Part shown: positions 36,877-50,397 of the stretch, in pieces | How the letters are laid out: each line of letters begins with the position of its first letter | Position numbering within the stretch: position 1 is the first letter of the stretch | Assembly: GCF_002105155.1 (NCBI RefSeq) | Contig: NW_019029021.1 | Location: 248,001-312,000, forward strand | Length of the DNA: 64,000 nucleotides | From: Lobosporangium transversale | Lineage: Eukaryota | Reading direction: 5' to 3' | Notes under the pieces: model-generated | The model's input: the letters and a program-made list of their open reading frames with translations, nothing else | Told to the model about the DNA's origin: nothing | Databases searched by the model: none | Made by a program: the position numbers and the translations under genes

Positions 36877-37494
36877 CAACAGAAGGTTTTTTTTTTTTTT
36901 TTTGCAACATCTATTACTGAATTATACGCATTACCCTCAGGGATGTAAAAAGTTCCAAAGATAGAGTCACCAGTCTCAGCATACATGCCACCGATCAATG
37001 AGTGTCCAGCACGCATAACTCGGATATGAAGGTCATTTCGTGTCGTGTGCTCATCTACTACACTAATCCAGCCGGTAACACTCTCATTCCTTGCCAAAAT
37101 TGTGAAGTTACTATTGGGTGGATTATGAGCCTAAATCATGAAATAATAAAAAAGTTGTTATTGAGAGTAGACAACTTATGGCTTTTTTGCTTTTCTTTTC
37201 TTTTTTTTTCTTTTTACCTTTGTTACCCCTGGCTGGCATTGAGGGTTTCGAGTGTAGTTTTGAGCAACCATGGCAAGCACAAGGGCTAGTGGAATAAAAC
37301 TCATCACAAGCGATGCACGGCCGGATGCAGTAGTAACCCTGGGCTTCTCTCTGTTCTCTAGCCGTTCATCTGGAAGGGCTACTTCTCCATGGATGATTGT
37401 CAGTGCTTTTTTTTTTTTTTTTTTTTTTAAATAAAGGTTAGATTAATCGGATTAATTTTATTTTCTAATTGCATTTTGATATGAGAGCATTGTT

Positions 37495-37525
<31 letters not shown>

Positions 37526-38521
37526 CAACTCACTTTTATGAAGACCAGAGACGACAGCTACCAAGATGGCTGCTGCATATACACGCGGACAATTAGGCCC
37601 TTGTGGCGCCATCTGGAAGATTACTAACGTCAGCCCTAAAATGGCTCCGACATGGATCACCACGCAGCTCATCCAAGTTCGGACATGAACGCGCTCATAG
37701 GAACGAAGAACACATGCCAATGTGTTTGCAAAACCCAATGACGCCAAAACAGGGTATGCAAAGAATAACTGAGTCAAGTGGGGACCTTTCCAAGGCCCAA
37801 ACTCGCCACTATACTTGAACATGACGTGGATTGTAAATAAAGAGCTGGCTAATAAGAGTGCACACATGTCCAAGCATGTGATGATACCCTTTCTTAAGTT
37901 GGCATCTTTATGAAAACCAGCGGCTGTTGACTCAGCAGCAGTCCTTGAGGGTTTGCTCTTTGATAATAATAACGCAGAAGACATGGTCGAAGTTCTGGTA
38001 GATCCAGAAAAATAGGTATAAGCAATGCCCAGCATGACACCCACACCAACAGAGGCAAGAGACAGCTTTAGGAATAGCTCCTCGATGAATATGCTGCCAT
38101 AAATGGGCTCCATCATACTAGGGGCGACTCTCAGGATCATGCCTGCGACTAAAGGCGTCAAAATGATCAAAGATGCCCTGGTCACAGTCAATAAGAGCTC
38201 CAGAAGCATGGTTTGTGAATGCGGTGGTTTTTGACCATTGTGCGCAGTCTTCATGGTTGCTACGCCCGATTGTTTAAATTTGCTAGAGGCATTGGCGCAG
38301 GCTTCTTTATTGGAAGCTTCAGTGGAGGTATAAAGGGAGGAAGAAGAGGTTGTCGTTGAAGAGAACGAGGAGAAGTGCTTCTGAGTCGTTGTTGAAGACG
38401 TGACTCCAACAGTATCCACTGAGGATGAGGTCGCAGCCGATTCAGAAAAGCTTTTACTTGAATCTGCCCCACTCGCGGCAGCTTGATGACCACGCTTCCG
38501 CTGCTTCATTATTGTACTCAT
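35736..38521 (-). CDS. Membrane-anchored spermidine-synthase-like SAM-dependent methyltransferase
   Basis: Multi-exon gene. N-terminal TM region, then ESVTGWISVV..R.MRAGHSLIGG, spliced ALQIGLGVG (SAM motif I), VEIDPVV, DGRQFI, YDYVIHDVFTGG. Confidence 0.85.
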
Positions 38522-38819
38522 GAGAATGAAGGAATAAGGATTCTTTAAAAGTCAAGTGAAATATGACCTTGGTCTTTTTAACATTTCCTCTTTCATTTGC
38601 AGTGGCTTGAATTCAACATCATGGATGATTCGGCAAGAATCCTGAACAAGAATGTCCTATAAAGCATTGATCTTGCAAAGGCGACGCAATCGCCACAAGC
38701 ACTCTTGGGGAATGCAGCAAGCAGTAGATAAAAATATCGGATACATATATATAACAAATTCAATTCTTTGTCTTTCATGAATCATGAATTGAAAGGCAAA
38801 AAAAAACTTTACTTTTGAA

Positions 38820-41316
38820 CTACGTATCTTCATCATAGCCAGAGCATCGAGGCTTATCGATGGTAGAAGAACCACTGTACAATAAGCTGGCAGTCCGAGC
38901 TGGCTCTAGTGTCCACCTACGCCTTCGTCGAAGACGATTTAGTTTATGCAAACGACGTGCTGATGGTGTAGTTGAGTTATTTGCCTTCTGGTTTGGTCGG
39001 GATTCTGATAATGTCACAAAATAAGTTTTTCCAAACAAAGCATCGCCACTGGTAGCTATTATCCTAAGATTTAAACTCCTGCGTTCATGGTGCGTAGTCC
39101 AAGCAAAGGCTCGTTCTATTGCTTGTTTTGCCTGTTCTCCGGAAGCTTCTGTGAGCGATGGGCTTCCAATCATGACTCCTAAAATAAACATTACTGTCCA
39201 GAAGACAAGTTGAGATGAATGAATATAAGTGCTGATGATACTGTTGGTTATCATCATATTATTTCTTGAACTGTCATCTCCTTCGCCGTCTAATATATCC
39301 TCCGTTTCTGACGTAATCGAGGACATTGCTGTTAGATCCTCAGTAAAGGACTCAATTTCTGGCCAAGCTGCTGGCATTATTGATCTACGAATCTTCCGCT
39401 TACTCAGGCTTGAGAGCCCGGTGGGCGTGTGGAGAGTCGATGTTATTTGTATATCCTCAGAATTATCCTGCAAGAAGTAGTGTGTGCATGGCGCTAAGGA
39501 TAACTGAGACGGTTCAAAGTCCTGAAGATCCTTCTGGCCTTTTATTAGGCTCATATTGTCATAGACAAGACTTGGATCGTTGCTCCTTTGAACAGTGTCT
39601 GCCTCGATCATCTGCGTCGATTCTGACGTATCGCTTAGTGCTGTTGCAAAGATTCGACTCCAACGTGGAGATGCCAATCCTGACTCTGAGTCAACAAAGG
39701 TATCGCTAATAGACACTGTGCTTGAACGCTCGCTGATAGTACTTTCGTCACTCAGAGGCTTCCCATCATGCGTTATAGAAGTGAACTGACTTAAAGAATC
39801 TTCATCATCCCATGGCATAGTATCATCGTCCAGCCAATCTGTCGAATCTATCGAATCTGCTGGTTCTTGCTTTTTATATCCACTCAGAAACAGATTCCGC
39901 CCTCCAACTGCCGCAGATATTGCTGAATCCATCTCCTCGGCCTGATCATCTTGGAGTACTTGATGTCGCACTGCTCTTTCCTGCTTCGTGTGCATCCAGT
40001 TCTGATAACATGCTATTGAAACCAAGTCCTTGGTGAGACATTCGATAGTCTCAGCAGTTCGATCCAGCTCAACGTCCATCTGTTGAAAAACCTGGGCCAT
40101 CTTTCTGTTACGTTCCATTTCAACAATCTCGGATCTCAGTAAAGGGTAGCTTAAGCGCCGTCCAAGCCTTCTGATCGAAGATGTTTGTTGCAGGTGATCT
40201 TTTAAATCTGTCACAGCTACCATTGACCCGGCCATATCGGCGGACAGTAAGGCTGGAGTTTCACTTGCATCAGACATCTGCATTGCCTTTTTTGAAAAGA
40301 ATGTCCCATCATTCAGAGTCGTTACTTCATCTTGCGCAACATCTGTAGTCAATTCATCCTCATTATTTCTAAAATCTCGACGAGTTTCGGGCTCATTCGC
40401 ATAAATGGAATCTTGGAGCTCCAAAAATAAGCTTCTCCGTTTCCCCGAGTTCCTATTTAAAGATGTGCGAGCGCCGGTAAGAAACACTCTTTGACTCCAT
40501 CGTTTGTCATCAATATTGGCAGCTGGGTCTAGATAATCATAAGACGGTGTATTTTCTGGCTCATCATCATTTCCAGTATCATTTAGAGTCTCAGATTCTG
40601 CAAATGTGAAGGGTATGATTTCTGGCATTGTATTTACTCCATTCTCCTCATTCAGTGAGCCCTCATGTGCTGATGTGGATCTATCCACAGCTGTTGCGGC
40701 ATCCGTAATAAGGTGCTCCAAGAGTGAACATATTCTTTCGAATGCTGCGTTCGAGTCTTCGTCACTTTGGCTGTTGAGAGTTTCCAGGCTCCGTCGCTTT
40801 TGACCCATGTGTTGACATGGGCGTGAAGCATCGGTGTTGTTGTTTTGTGCAGAGCTACTGGATTTCGGTCGGGGTCGATAGGCCTTGTTCTCAGAGGACC
40901 ATTGGTTGTGGTATGTGTTAGAGGCTGTGACTGGTCTTGAGGGGAAAGAGAGATTGTGGAAAGTTGAGGAGGGCGAAGTACGTTGGTTGGTGCATGAAGT
41001 TTGAAATATTTCCTCATTGGAGGGTGCGTGTAAAGGCCAGCTTATGCGGTTACTACGTCCATCCAAGGCGGTGGGTATTAGGGCTTCGAGTTTGTTCTGT
41101 GTTGTGAATCCCCACGTTCTTGATTCATCTAAGGAGGTGTTTCTTTTGTTGTCTTGATACTCTTGGCTGTCAAAAAAAAAAAAAAAAAAAAAAAAGTTAG
41201 AATAAAGGGGTGGGTAATACATAAAACCAAAACCGCAACCGTCGCATCCTTCAATTTCCTTACTCTTCAAGGGAGAAGGTATTTTGATGGGCCGTAGTTA
41301 AATATGGGCTGCTCAT
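38820..41316 (-). CDS. Hypothetical protein, low-complexity/acidic, with a coiled-coil patch and C-terminal hydrophobic helix
   Basis: Exon 41316-41264 (GTAAGG donor) spliced to 41166-38820 (CAG acceptor), open for ~780 codons. FERICSLLEHLITDAATAV motif; TM-like LVFWTVMFILGVMIG. Confidence 0.7.
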
Positions 41317-42010
41317 ATGGTGGGGCGTTAGGAGGTGAGTATGGAAACGAAAGAAGTAGAGAGGAAGGGAAAATGAAGTTGAGGATAAAAAGAGCAAACT
41401 GTTTTAAAAATAACAAGAATACTGACGTAAAAGCAGAGCTAACTTGCACACGCTAAATTTGCTCCAAAACTTGATGATGTGATTGATGTATGCAGATATT
41501 GAAGGGCGCAGACAATCCTGAAAGACTTTAGATGACAATTGGTGTTATTCGAGTATTTGATAGAAGAAATTGCTGTTACATCTTCTCATGAGCACCTAAT
41601 TTTCTTTCTATTTTCCTAAATCATGGCCTTTTCACAGCAAGGCGTCATCAACGTCTCTAAATGACCAATCTTCGAGAAGAAAATCGATACTCTGTCTGGA
41701 TGACGAAGCCAGCAAAGTGGTTTGGGCTCTTCCCAAAATTTAAGCCCATATTAAATTGGTGTTTGATAAATCATGTTCTGGTTCAGTTCCATGGGTCCGT
41801 GAGTTTTTTTTTTTTTTTTTTTTTTTGCAGAAATCGAACGGTATTTATTGAGGTTAATATTTTACATCATGTGGGATAGTCAATAAGATAGTGAGCGAGC
41901 ATTCTGGGATAGAATGGGACAAAATGGGACAAAATTACAAATTAGCGTAGTTGGCAAAGGGAAAAAGATAAGGGACTTTTTCAAAATCAATTCTCCAGAT
42001 AGATTATAGG

Positions 42011-43414
42011 CTAGTCATATCCAGACTCGTATGCAATAATTTCCTTGAGCTGTAACATGAGTTCGGGGTGTTTGTCAAGGCAGCCATTCATGCGTCTCGT
42101 CCAAGCATTATCGCAGGGGAGATCCTGTCGTGTGAGGCCCAGAGTTTCACAAAAGATCAAGTAATGATCTCGCTGATCTCCACCATGGGACATGCGTCGT
42201 CCCTGGAGACGCTCTCGAGCATTTATAAAAAATTGAGGGTAGCACTCTTGGAAATCCTCAAGAGAGAAATCCTCTATATCACGCAGCCATTTAATTTGAA
42301 CATTCTCAAACGAAGAATCTCGATAGCCGTACTCATCTTCACCCCAGAGTACGTTTGCGTCATCGTCATCTTCTGGGCCAATCCAGCCGACGATGCCTTT
42401 AAACTTTTCAAGAATGCAGGGCGGTAGGGGCCCAAGGTGAGCGGCAATGGAATGCATCCAATCTCTGTCTGATAGCGCTTCTCGAGGCTGAAAGAGCAAA
42501 GACTTGAATTTTTCTCGGCTGTCCTTGGGAAGACTACTGTACATTAAGTTAAAGAACTCTGAATTACGAGTGGCCAGCTCCTGCAGCTCAGAGCTTCGAT
42601 CAAATAGCGCTACCAGCATGTCTTGCGGAGCAGATTCTGTATAAATGTGGTTCAGAATGTTCTCTTGGGGATCATCACTCGCATCCTTCAGTGATGGGTC
42701 CTGTGCTTGTTCAGCTGTAGAAGAATCATCGTCTTGAATGGGTGAGATTGATACACGACGGAGGGCATTCTCCGCCTGAAGTATAGAGTCATTAAGGTGT
42801 ATATCCTTAGACTCAGACTCGGATTCAGACCCAGCACTCGTCTTGTCTTGGAATTGGACGCCAGATAGAGTGTTCTCGACTGATTCTTCATAATGATCAT
42901 TGACACGAGTATGACTTGACCTCTGGCAAGATTTTAGTATGAGGCGGGCACTTTCCCTAGAGAGGGGTTTAGATGAAGGATTTCCCATGTCAAGATCGAA
43001 AGTGACAGTTGGACGACGGCCTTGGGCACCCTTTCCATAGTTACTCATGGCCGGAGCAGAAACTTGCTCAAGCTCTTGCTGGCGCTGGCTACGGTCGAGT
43101 AAATGGACGGCTGTGGGGTGCTCTTGAGAGTCCTTTCGCTTACGCTGAAGGGTTGACGCGGGATGGAAATCAATGGGGGTAACAGGGGACCACTCTGAAT
43201 TTTCCAAATCATCGTCCTCACCCGAGTCCGATTGAGGATCTAACGGGGGAGTGCCTGCGATGGCCGAGTCAGTCATCATGGCTTCAAGATCATTTTCGTC
43301 GTTAATCGATGCAAGAGAGCCAGTGTAACCTGGGTAGGTCCTTGGATGATCCAGTGGTGAGTGTCTCTTGCGTAGGTCTGTAAAAGACAACGTTGGGGCT
43401 TGTAGCGCCGACAT
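42011..43414 (-). CDS. Hypothetical protein (467 aa), disordered N-half and helical C-terminal domain
   Basis: Intronless long ORF with coding-like composition and a pyrimidine-rich upstream leader. Confidence 0.75.
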   Translation of the reverse strand: MSALQAPTLSFTDLRKRHSPLDHPRTYPGYTGSLASINDENDLEAMMTDSAIAGTPPLDPQSDSGEDDDLENSEWSPVTPIDFHPASTLQRKRKDSQEHPTAVHLLDRSQRQQELEQVSAPAMSNYGKGAQGRRPTVTFDLDMGNPSSKPLSRESARLILKSCQRSSHTRVNDHYEESVENTLSGVQFQDKTSAGSESESESKDIHLNDSILQAENALRRVSISPIQDDDSSTAEQAQDPSLKDASDDPQENILNHIYTESAPQDMLVALFDRSSELQELATRNSEFFNLMYSSLPKDSREKFKSLLFQPREALSDRDWMHSIAAHLGPLPPCILEKFKGIVGWIGPEDDDDANVLWGEDEYGYRDSSFENVQIKWLRDIEDFSLEDFQECYPQFFINARERLQGRRMSHGGDQRDHYLIFCETLGLTRQDLPCDNAWTRRMNGCLDKHPELMLQLKEIIAYESGYD

Positions 43415-44129
43415 TGTTATGTGAATTGGAGAGGGTATGAATGTGTGAACGTGTGTGTAAAAAAAAAGAGAGAGAGAAAGAAAGAGATGGAGTAATAAAA
43501 GACTGTGAATGTTGATGAAAAAGAATAAGGCAGTAATAAAGAAAAGCGTTCGGGTGAAGGAGAGGAAGGAAGGGGGTGGGGGAATGTGGAGAAGAAAGAT
43601 AAGGAAAAAGAAAAAAAAGAAGAGAGGAGCTGTTGATGAAGCTTTGTTTGTGTGTGAGCAAAAAAAAAAGCACTAACGGCGCCATTGCTGTTTGCTGGGC
43701 AAGGTTCCAGAGAGGGAAAAAAAAGAAAAGCAGGAAAAACCAAGCCAAGGGAATGATATCAGTCAGTCCTCATTTATTAAACTGAAATCTCGTCTTCGAC
43801 TTCCATTTTCATGAAACAAAGAGACCGAGTTAGACTAAATGCCGCAATACACGTACAAAATCATGCAGGACATCATTTGGGCACAGCTTTTGTTGTGCCT
43901 GGTTGGTGGCAGCTGTTAGCTATTTTATATCACGTTACTTACTGATTCGTTTATTTATACAATTTACTATTAATTTAATCATCTTTTTTTTTTTTTTTTT
44001 TTTTTTTTGGAATCTGTTTATGGTGGCGGGTTTCCAAAAGTTTATTTTTTTTTTTTTTCTTTTTTTTTTCTCTTCCTCTTCCTCTTCTTCCTCCCTCTCC
44101 CCTCCCCCTCCTCCTCCGTAAACACCAGC

Positions 44130-47100
44130 ATGGATCAATACGTCGCCGGCCTTGAGCAAACCTTGCAGCAGGTCCTCTTTTCTAACGACAGCAACCAGAT
44201 CAAGGAGGTACTATTTTTCAATTCAAAACAGTTTACAGGATGTTCTCATGTTTGATTCGGAAGATCCATTCAAAAAAACAATGACTGATCCAGACTCAAC
44301 ATGAAATTGTCTTGTGATTCTAGGCTACCAAGGCATTGAACAATCAGTTCTTTGCCGACGCTAATTGCGTCCCTGCTCTGGTTCATATTATCCAAACTTC
44401 TCAGCAGAAGGAGGTAAGCAGCTATTTTCGTTCATTATATTTTTATCATTATCATTGTAACAACATCCAGTGTCAGCAGCTTGAGAGTGCATGCAGTGCT
44501 TATATATCATGAGTATATTAATGGCTTAGTATTTTATGTCTGAATAAATTTGCTTCGTACCTACTTCTCTTTTGAACTAGATCCGTCAACTTGCAGCTGT
44601 CGAGCTTCGCAAACAGATCTCGAACTGGTGGTCCAAGATGGAGGAGGAGACTCGCACGTCTGTCAAAGCAAAGCTTTTGGAGACCATTCTAAATGAACAA
44701 GAGTAGGTTTGATCTATGGTACTATCAGCAGAACAAGAAAGTTTAAACTTATCAGACTTGTTGCCTAACGTTATATCACTGTTTCTAGACCACTCCCTCG
44801 TCATTCCACAGCACGTGTTATTGCCACAGTTGGAAGGATTGAGATTCCTGCCATGACCTGGAATGAACTCCTCGCTTTCTTATTCCAGTGCTCCAACAGC
44901 ACAAACGCTGGTCATCGTGAAGTTGGAATTTACATCATCTACGCCATCTTCGAAGTCACCGATGCCTTTGCCGACAATTTGCGCCAACTCCTTGAGCTTT
45001 TCAGCCGTACAATTGTCGATCCTGACTCTCCTATCGTTCGCATCACCACTGTCCAGGCTTTGGGGAAAATGGCAGAATTCATTGAGGAGGATCAAAAAGA
45101 CGAGATCAACATGTTTTCGGAGCTCGTCCCACACATGGTTAATGTTCTTCAGCAATGCCTTAATGATGGCGACGAAGAATCAGCTACAAAGTGCTTCGAC
45201 GTCTTTGACGGCCTCTTGCTGCTTGAAATCCCCATTTTATCAAAACATGTTCAAAACCTTATCCAGTTCTTCTTGAGCATTGGGGCCAACAAGTCCTACG
45301 AGCCAGTTTTACGCGTCCAGGGACTTTCGTTCCTTATGTGGGCTACTGTTTATAAAAAAACGAAGATTCAGCGCCTCAAGCTAGTCGCTCCTATGATTCA
45401 GGCTTTAATGCCGATCGCTGCTGAGGAGGAGCCTGAGGATCAAGATGAAGATTCTCCTGCTCGTCTTGCCTTCAAGGTCATCAACACTTTGGCCACCAAC
45501 CTTCCTCCTCAGCAAGTTTTCCCTGTCGCTTTGGAAGGCATCCTTGCCTATATGGCTAACGCTGAACCCTTATATCGCAAGGCTGCTATGGTTACCATGG
45601 CTGTTTTGGTTGAGGGTACTGTTGACTTTATCCGTCCCAAATTCAACGACCTTCTTTTGGTCGTTTGTGCTGGTCTTCAGGACCCTGAGACCGAGGTTCG
45701 TCGTGCCGCATGCATGGCCCTGAGCTCATTTGCTGAGGAATTTGACCAGGAAATCGCCGAGAACCATGCCAAGTTATTGCCTTTGGTGTTTAATTTAATG
45801 AACGAACCCACCCCTGAAATTACAAAGCAGGCTTGCAATGCTTTGGACGCTATATTAGAGGGTCTGGGGGAGAATATCCTTCAATATCTCCCTGTTCTCA
45901 TGGAAAAGTTGTTGCACATGCTTGATCACGCTCAGGGCGAAACTCGTGCTATTGTTGTTGCTGCTATCGGTAGCGCTGCTCATGCCTCTGGACCCGAATT
46001 CACTCCTTACTTCCCTGAGGTGATTAAGCGCCTTCAGCATCTTATGACTCTACACTCTAATGAGGATGAGCTTATGCTTCGCGCCGTATCCACTGACGCA
46101 TTAGGCGCTATAGCCGCATCTGTTGGCAAAGATGTTTTCAGAGTAAGTCGACTTAATATTTTTTTTCTAATTTTCGAGACCCTCTAACATTTTATGCCAT
46201 ATGCAAGCATCAGCCCTAATCCCTTTTCTGCTAAAATTACTATTGCTCTATGTTTATTAGCCTCATTTGAATAGTTTGATGAACTTGGCCATGGAAGGAT
46301 TGCTTCTTGATAACACTCGTCTCCGAGAGTGCGGATATTACTTCTTTGCTGGAATCGCTCAGGTTTTTGAGGACGAATTCTCGCCTTATTTGTCGGGCAT
46401 CATGCCTCAATTGATTGCATCGTGTCAACTGGATGAGAACAGTACTCGCTTTGACAATGAGGGCGAGGGTGAAGATGACGGCGAGGATACGGCGGAGGAT
46501 TTGAACTACGTCTTCCGTTCCGCTATCGCTGACGAAAAGGAGGTCGCTGCCGATACTATCGGCGAATTTTTCCAGCATACTCGATCCGCATTCCTCCCCT
46601 ATGTTGAGTCTAGCGTAAAGGAGCTCATCAACCTCACCACACATATGTCTGATGGAGTCCGTAAGGCCTCATGTGGTGCACTCTTCAATTTCCTGCGTAC
46701 ATTCTACAAGCTCTCCAACTGTGAGGAATGGAAGGCTGGGCTTCCTGTCGCGATCCCTCTTCATGATAATGTTGCTCAGCTTAACTCGCTGGTTATGCCT
46801 GCCATCCTTACAATCTGGGAAGATGAGGATGACAAGTAAATAATACTTTGGTCATAGTTGCCCTCTGGATGTACCTTCATATGAACCATTGACCCTGATT
46901 CTTATTTTTTTTTTCTACAATGATTAGGATGGTTGTTGTTCAAGTCTGCCAGGAAATGGTAGAAACTGTCAAGCTTTGTGGTCCTGGTGTAGTTGCTAAT
47001 TGTATGTATTATATATTTATTTATTTATTTTATCTATATTTGTGGAGTCATTCACTAATACGAAGATCCTCGCTTCAATGGTCGTAGATATCACTACTAT

Positions 47101-47932
47101 TGCTGAGCACTTGAATTTGATTTTTGAGAAAAAGGCATATTGTCAACAGGAGCTCGCTGATGAAGAAGGTCTCTTGGATGAGGATGAGCAGGCAGAGTTT
47201 GATGCGTTGCTGATTTCGTCTGCCTCGGACTTGGTTGGTGCCTTGGCAGCCGCTTTGGGCGAAAGCTTTATTCCATACGCCAAGGTCTTTGTACCTCATA
47301 TTGCAAAATACTACAAGAAAACCAAGCCTACAAGTGAGCGTTCGATGGCCATAGGCTGCTTAGGCGAGATTGCTGCTGGCATGCTGGGTGGTATCACCGA
47401 GTTCACAGAAGTCATTTTCCCGATCGCTCTTAAGGGACTTAGTGACGAGGAGCCCGAGGTCAGAAGTAACGCTGCCTACACTGTTGGTGCCCTTTGCCAA
47501 AATACTAATTTGGACATTTCTACCCAATATCCAGCACTCTTGACTACTTTATACCCCCTATTCCAAGGCCAGAGCCTGGACAATGTTACAGACAATGCAT
47601 GCGGTGCTGTCGCTCGTATGATCATGAAGTATCCCAATGCGGTACCATTGGACCAAGTCCTCCCAGTCTTTATGCAGGCCTTGCCATTGAAACGCGACTA
47701 TGAGGAGAACGAACCAGTGTACAAATTGTTATTCTCTCTTATTCGTTCGCAAAACTCTTGGATTTTCGCGAATTTGACATCGTTGTTGCCCATTTTCGCA
47801 GAAGTTCTTTCTAAGGAGGATGAGCTCAAACCTCATACGCGTCAAGAGATGATTGAGATCATCAAAGCCTTAAATCAACAGTTCCCAGCGTTGAATATTA
47901 GCTCATCCCCCTTGAGTGCATATCTCCAATAG
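44130..47932 (+). CDS. KAP123: Importin beta-4 / Kap123 (IPO4)
   Basis: Exons 44130-44207, 44324-44413, 44581-44702, 44789-46142, 46261-46835, 46928-47001, 47088-47932. IBN_N motif IRQLAAVELRK, HEAT repeats, SAIADEKEVA, VRSNAAY.VG, DNACGAVARM, LPLKRDYEEN. Confidence 0.93.
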
Positions 47933-50397
47933 TCATTAGGAGAAATCTTTAACTTAATCAATAAAACCAGTAGAAAACCTGATCTAAGGTCCTTGGTCGG
48001 CTTTGATGCATATTTTAGGGATGCCTTAATCGGTTGATCGAAGTCCTTCAGCTATCTTTGGCATTTTTTTTATTTTTTATTTTATTTTATTTTATTTTTT
48101 TTTTTTTTGGCTTTTATTCACTTCTGTTTCATTGGTTTGGATGGTTTGGATGATTTTTGTTTTCTTTGTTGGTTGTTGTTGTTACTGTTTTTACTTTTCT
48201 TCTATCGCCTCCTGCCGTACCGATGGAGCCTGACCTTTTTTTGTTCTTCAAAATATATAAAAAAAATCACAACCACGAGTGAGCAATATAGTTCCTATCA
48301 AAAGGCAAGTCTCTCTTTAATTCGCCGGTTCTAACAAAACCACCGTATAGCATCGCCAAAACATCACCCAGTATCTTATCATTTACAGATAGACCGAGCT
48401 CACAATGGGCCGTCTCGACCAGATGTAAATATACATCCTGAATAGACTTAAGCATCTGTGACCTATCAGCGCAAGGACGGCATCGAGCTTCACGTCAGGA
48501 AACAAGATTGAGTCAATATCCCGCGAATTTTTTTGTTAAAACAATAGAAACGCTTAGTACAGTACCAAAACAAACGGTTCATTGTTCTGTATTACCTCCA
48601 TGGATAGTGTGACATGTCAGTCACATGTAAATAGTAACTTTACTTATCAATTATTAGTTATCAATTAGGGATTGTCCTTCGCCCCTATTTAAATCAGTAG
48701 GAGGTGATAAATAAAGGGACGTCTCTCATTCATTTTCCTATCCATATGATTCATGTTGATCGCCATACTCCTCAGATAGACTTTTTAATGCATTTCATGC
48801 CAAAAATTATTGCTTGTATCGCGCTAGAGGACTTTTGTGATGAGATAAGATGGTAACTGGTGATCACATCGATAATCTAGTACAGCGACGTGTAGCTTGA
48901 AGAGTGTTTTAAAGCTTCTACTACTCACGTGTCGGAGCTCTCGCTCTGCTGTGACCAAAGGGAAACTGGACCACCTGAATTTCACTCAATCCTACAACTG
49001 GCTACTTACTTCAATAAGTACATTTTCCCGGTGAAAACACTACACTGAGCCAATAGCGAGATCAGCAATTAGGTGAATTCCTAAATATGCAATAGGGAGA
49101 AAAAAAGATAAAAAAGGTAAAAGGCTTTTTCATATCGCAGCAAGAGTGAAAACAAAAGCATTTATAATAATGGAGAGAGACGCCAGTGTAGAAAACTTTT
49201 TTTTTTTTTTTTTTTTTTTTGAATAGAATTGAATTGAGTTGGATTGAATTGATAGTTGTTTGGTGATCGAAGCTTGAAGGCTTGGGTCTTGATGACGGAT
49301 AGCGAGAAGGCTCACTACGGACAGATGGAGTAAACACCTAACACTGATGGAAAACTCAGCGGCCTTAAGGAATGGGTAAGGCCTTTCTCAGGCTTCATTC
49401 GCAAAATAGACGCGCAATCTCGTTCACCATTGCTGTCGTATGACTTACCGAGATTAACCACTTCATTAATGGATCCCTTCATTGAATAAACCACAGCCCC
49501 GACCGCCGATAAAGCCAGCGAAACGGAACCTTTAAACGATAACACCAGCGCCAGCACCACTTCCGCCGATGACAGCGTCGGTTCCTCCGGTAGATGTGCA
49601 TATAAACAAGTTAGCTCTAAATGTATGAACACCAAGAAGATGCAAATGCTTGCTTTTGTTGTCGCCTTGGTCTTGAGTACATGAGTATTTAGTGGCGCCT
49701 CTTTTCAATGGGATAGGCATGGTGGTCCTTCTCATCCAATGAAGCCGTGGCGGTCTCAGCATCGTTGCTGGGCGCAACATCAATTGGTAACATGGCCACG
49801 AGAAACAAAGACAGTTTCAAAAGGCTTTCATGGTGAATTTCCTGGTAAAGTGAGAGAAGTAAAACATCGTTAACTCTAAGCGATCAGGATGAGCATTACC
49901 AAGAATAAGACCATAGCAACCGACGACAACAGCCGCATGAAGGAAGTAAGGAAGTGTGCTTTTGTGAAAGGGAACCTGAGGTTCATATTTACACAAGCGA
50001 GATGATCCGGAGCCTAGGCTCCTTTGCAATGCTCGAGAGCTCGGCTGGTTCATGGCAAGCATGGTATAATTATTGCATGCCTAGATGTAGGGGGAATGTT
50101 TAAAAAATGGAACGTAAAAAATAATACGTAAAGGATACGAAGGATGAGAGCCCGATATAGAATAGAGACCGAGTGAAATTAAAGTTTGTTTGTGTTACAC
50201 CTCGCATAACATTTGCCCACAGCTGAACACATTTGCATTCGCCAACATATAAAGAACAGGTCCAGAAGCATTTTGTTTTTAAAAAAAGTTATGTCTAATA
50301 CCCTTCTAAAAAAAATATTCCCAGCTAGTAAAACAATCATGAGGAAATGAACTTCATAAAGCAGTTAGACTGGAGCGGTCGTGGGCGAAGAATCGGG

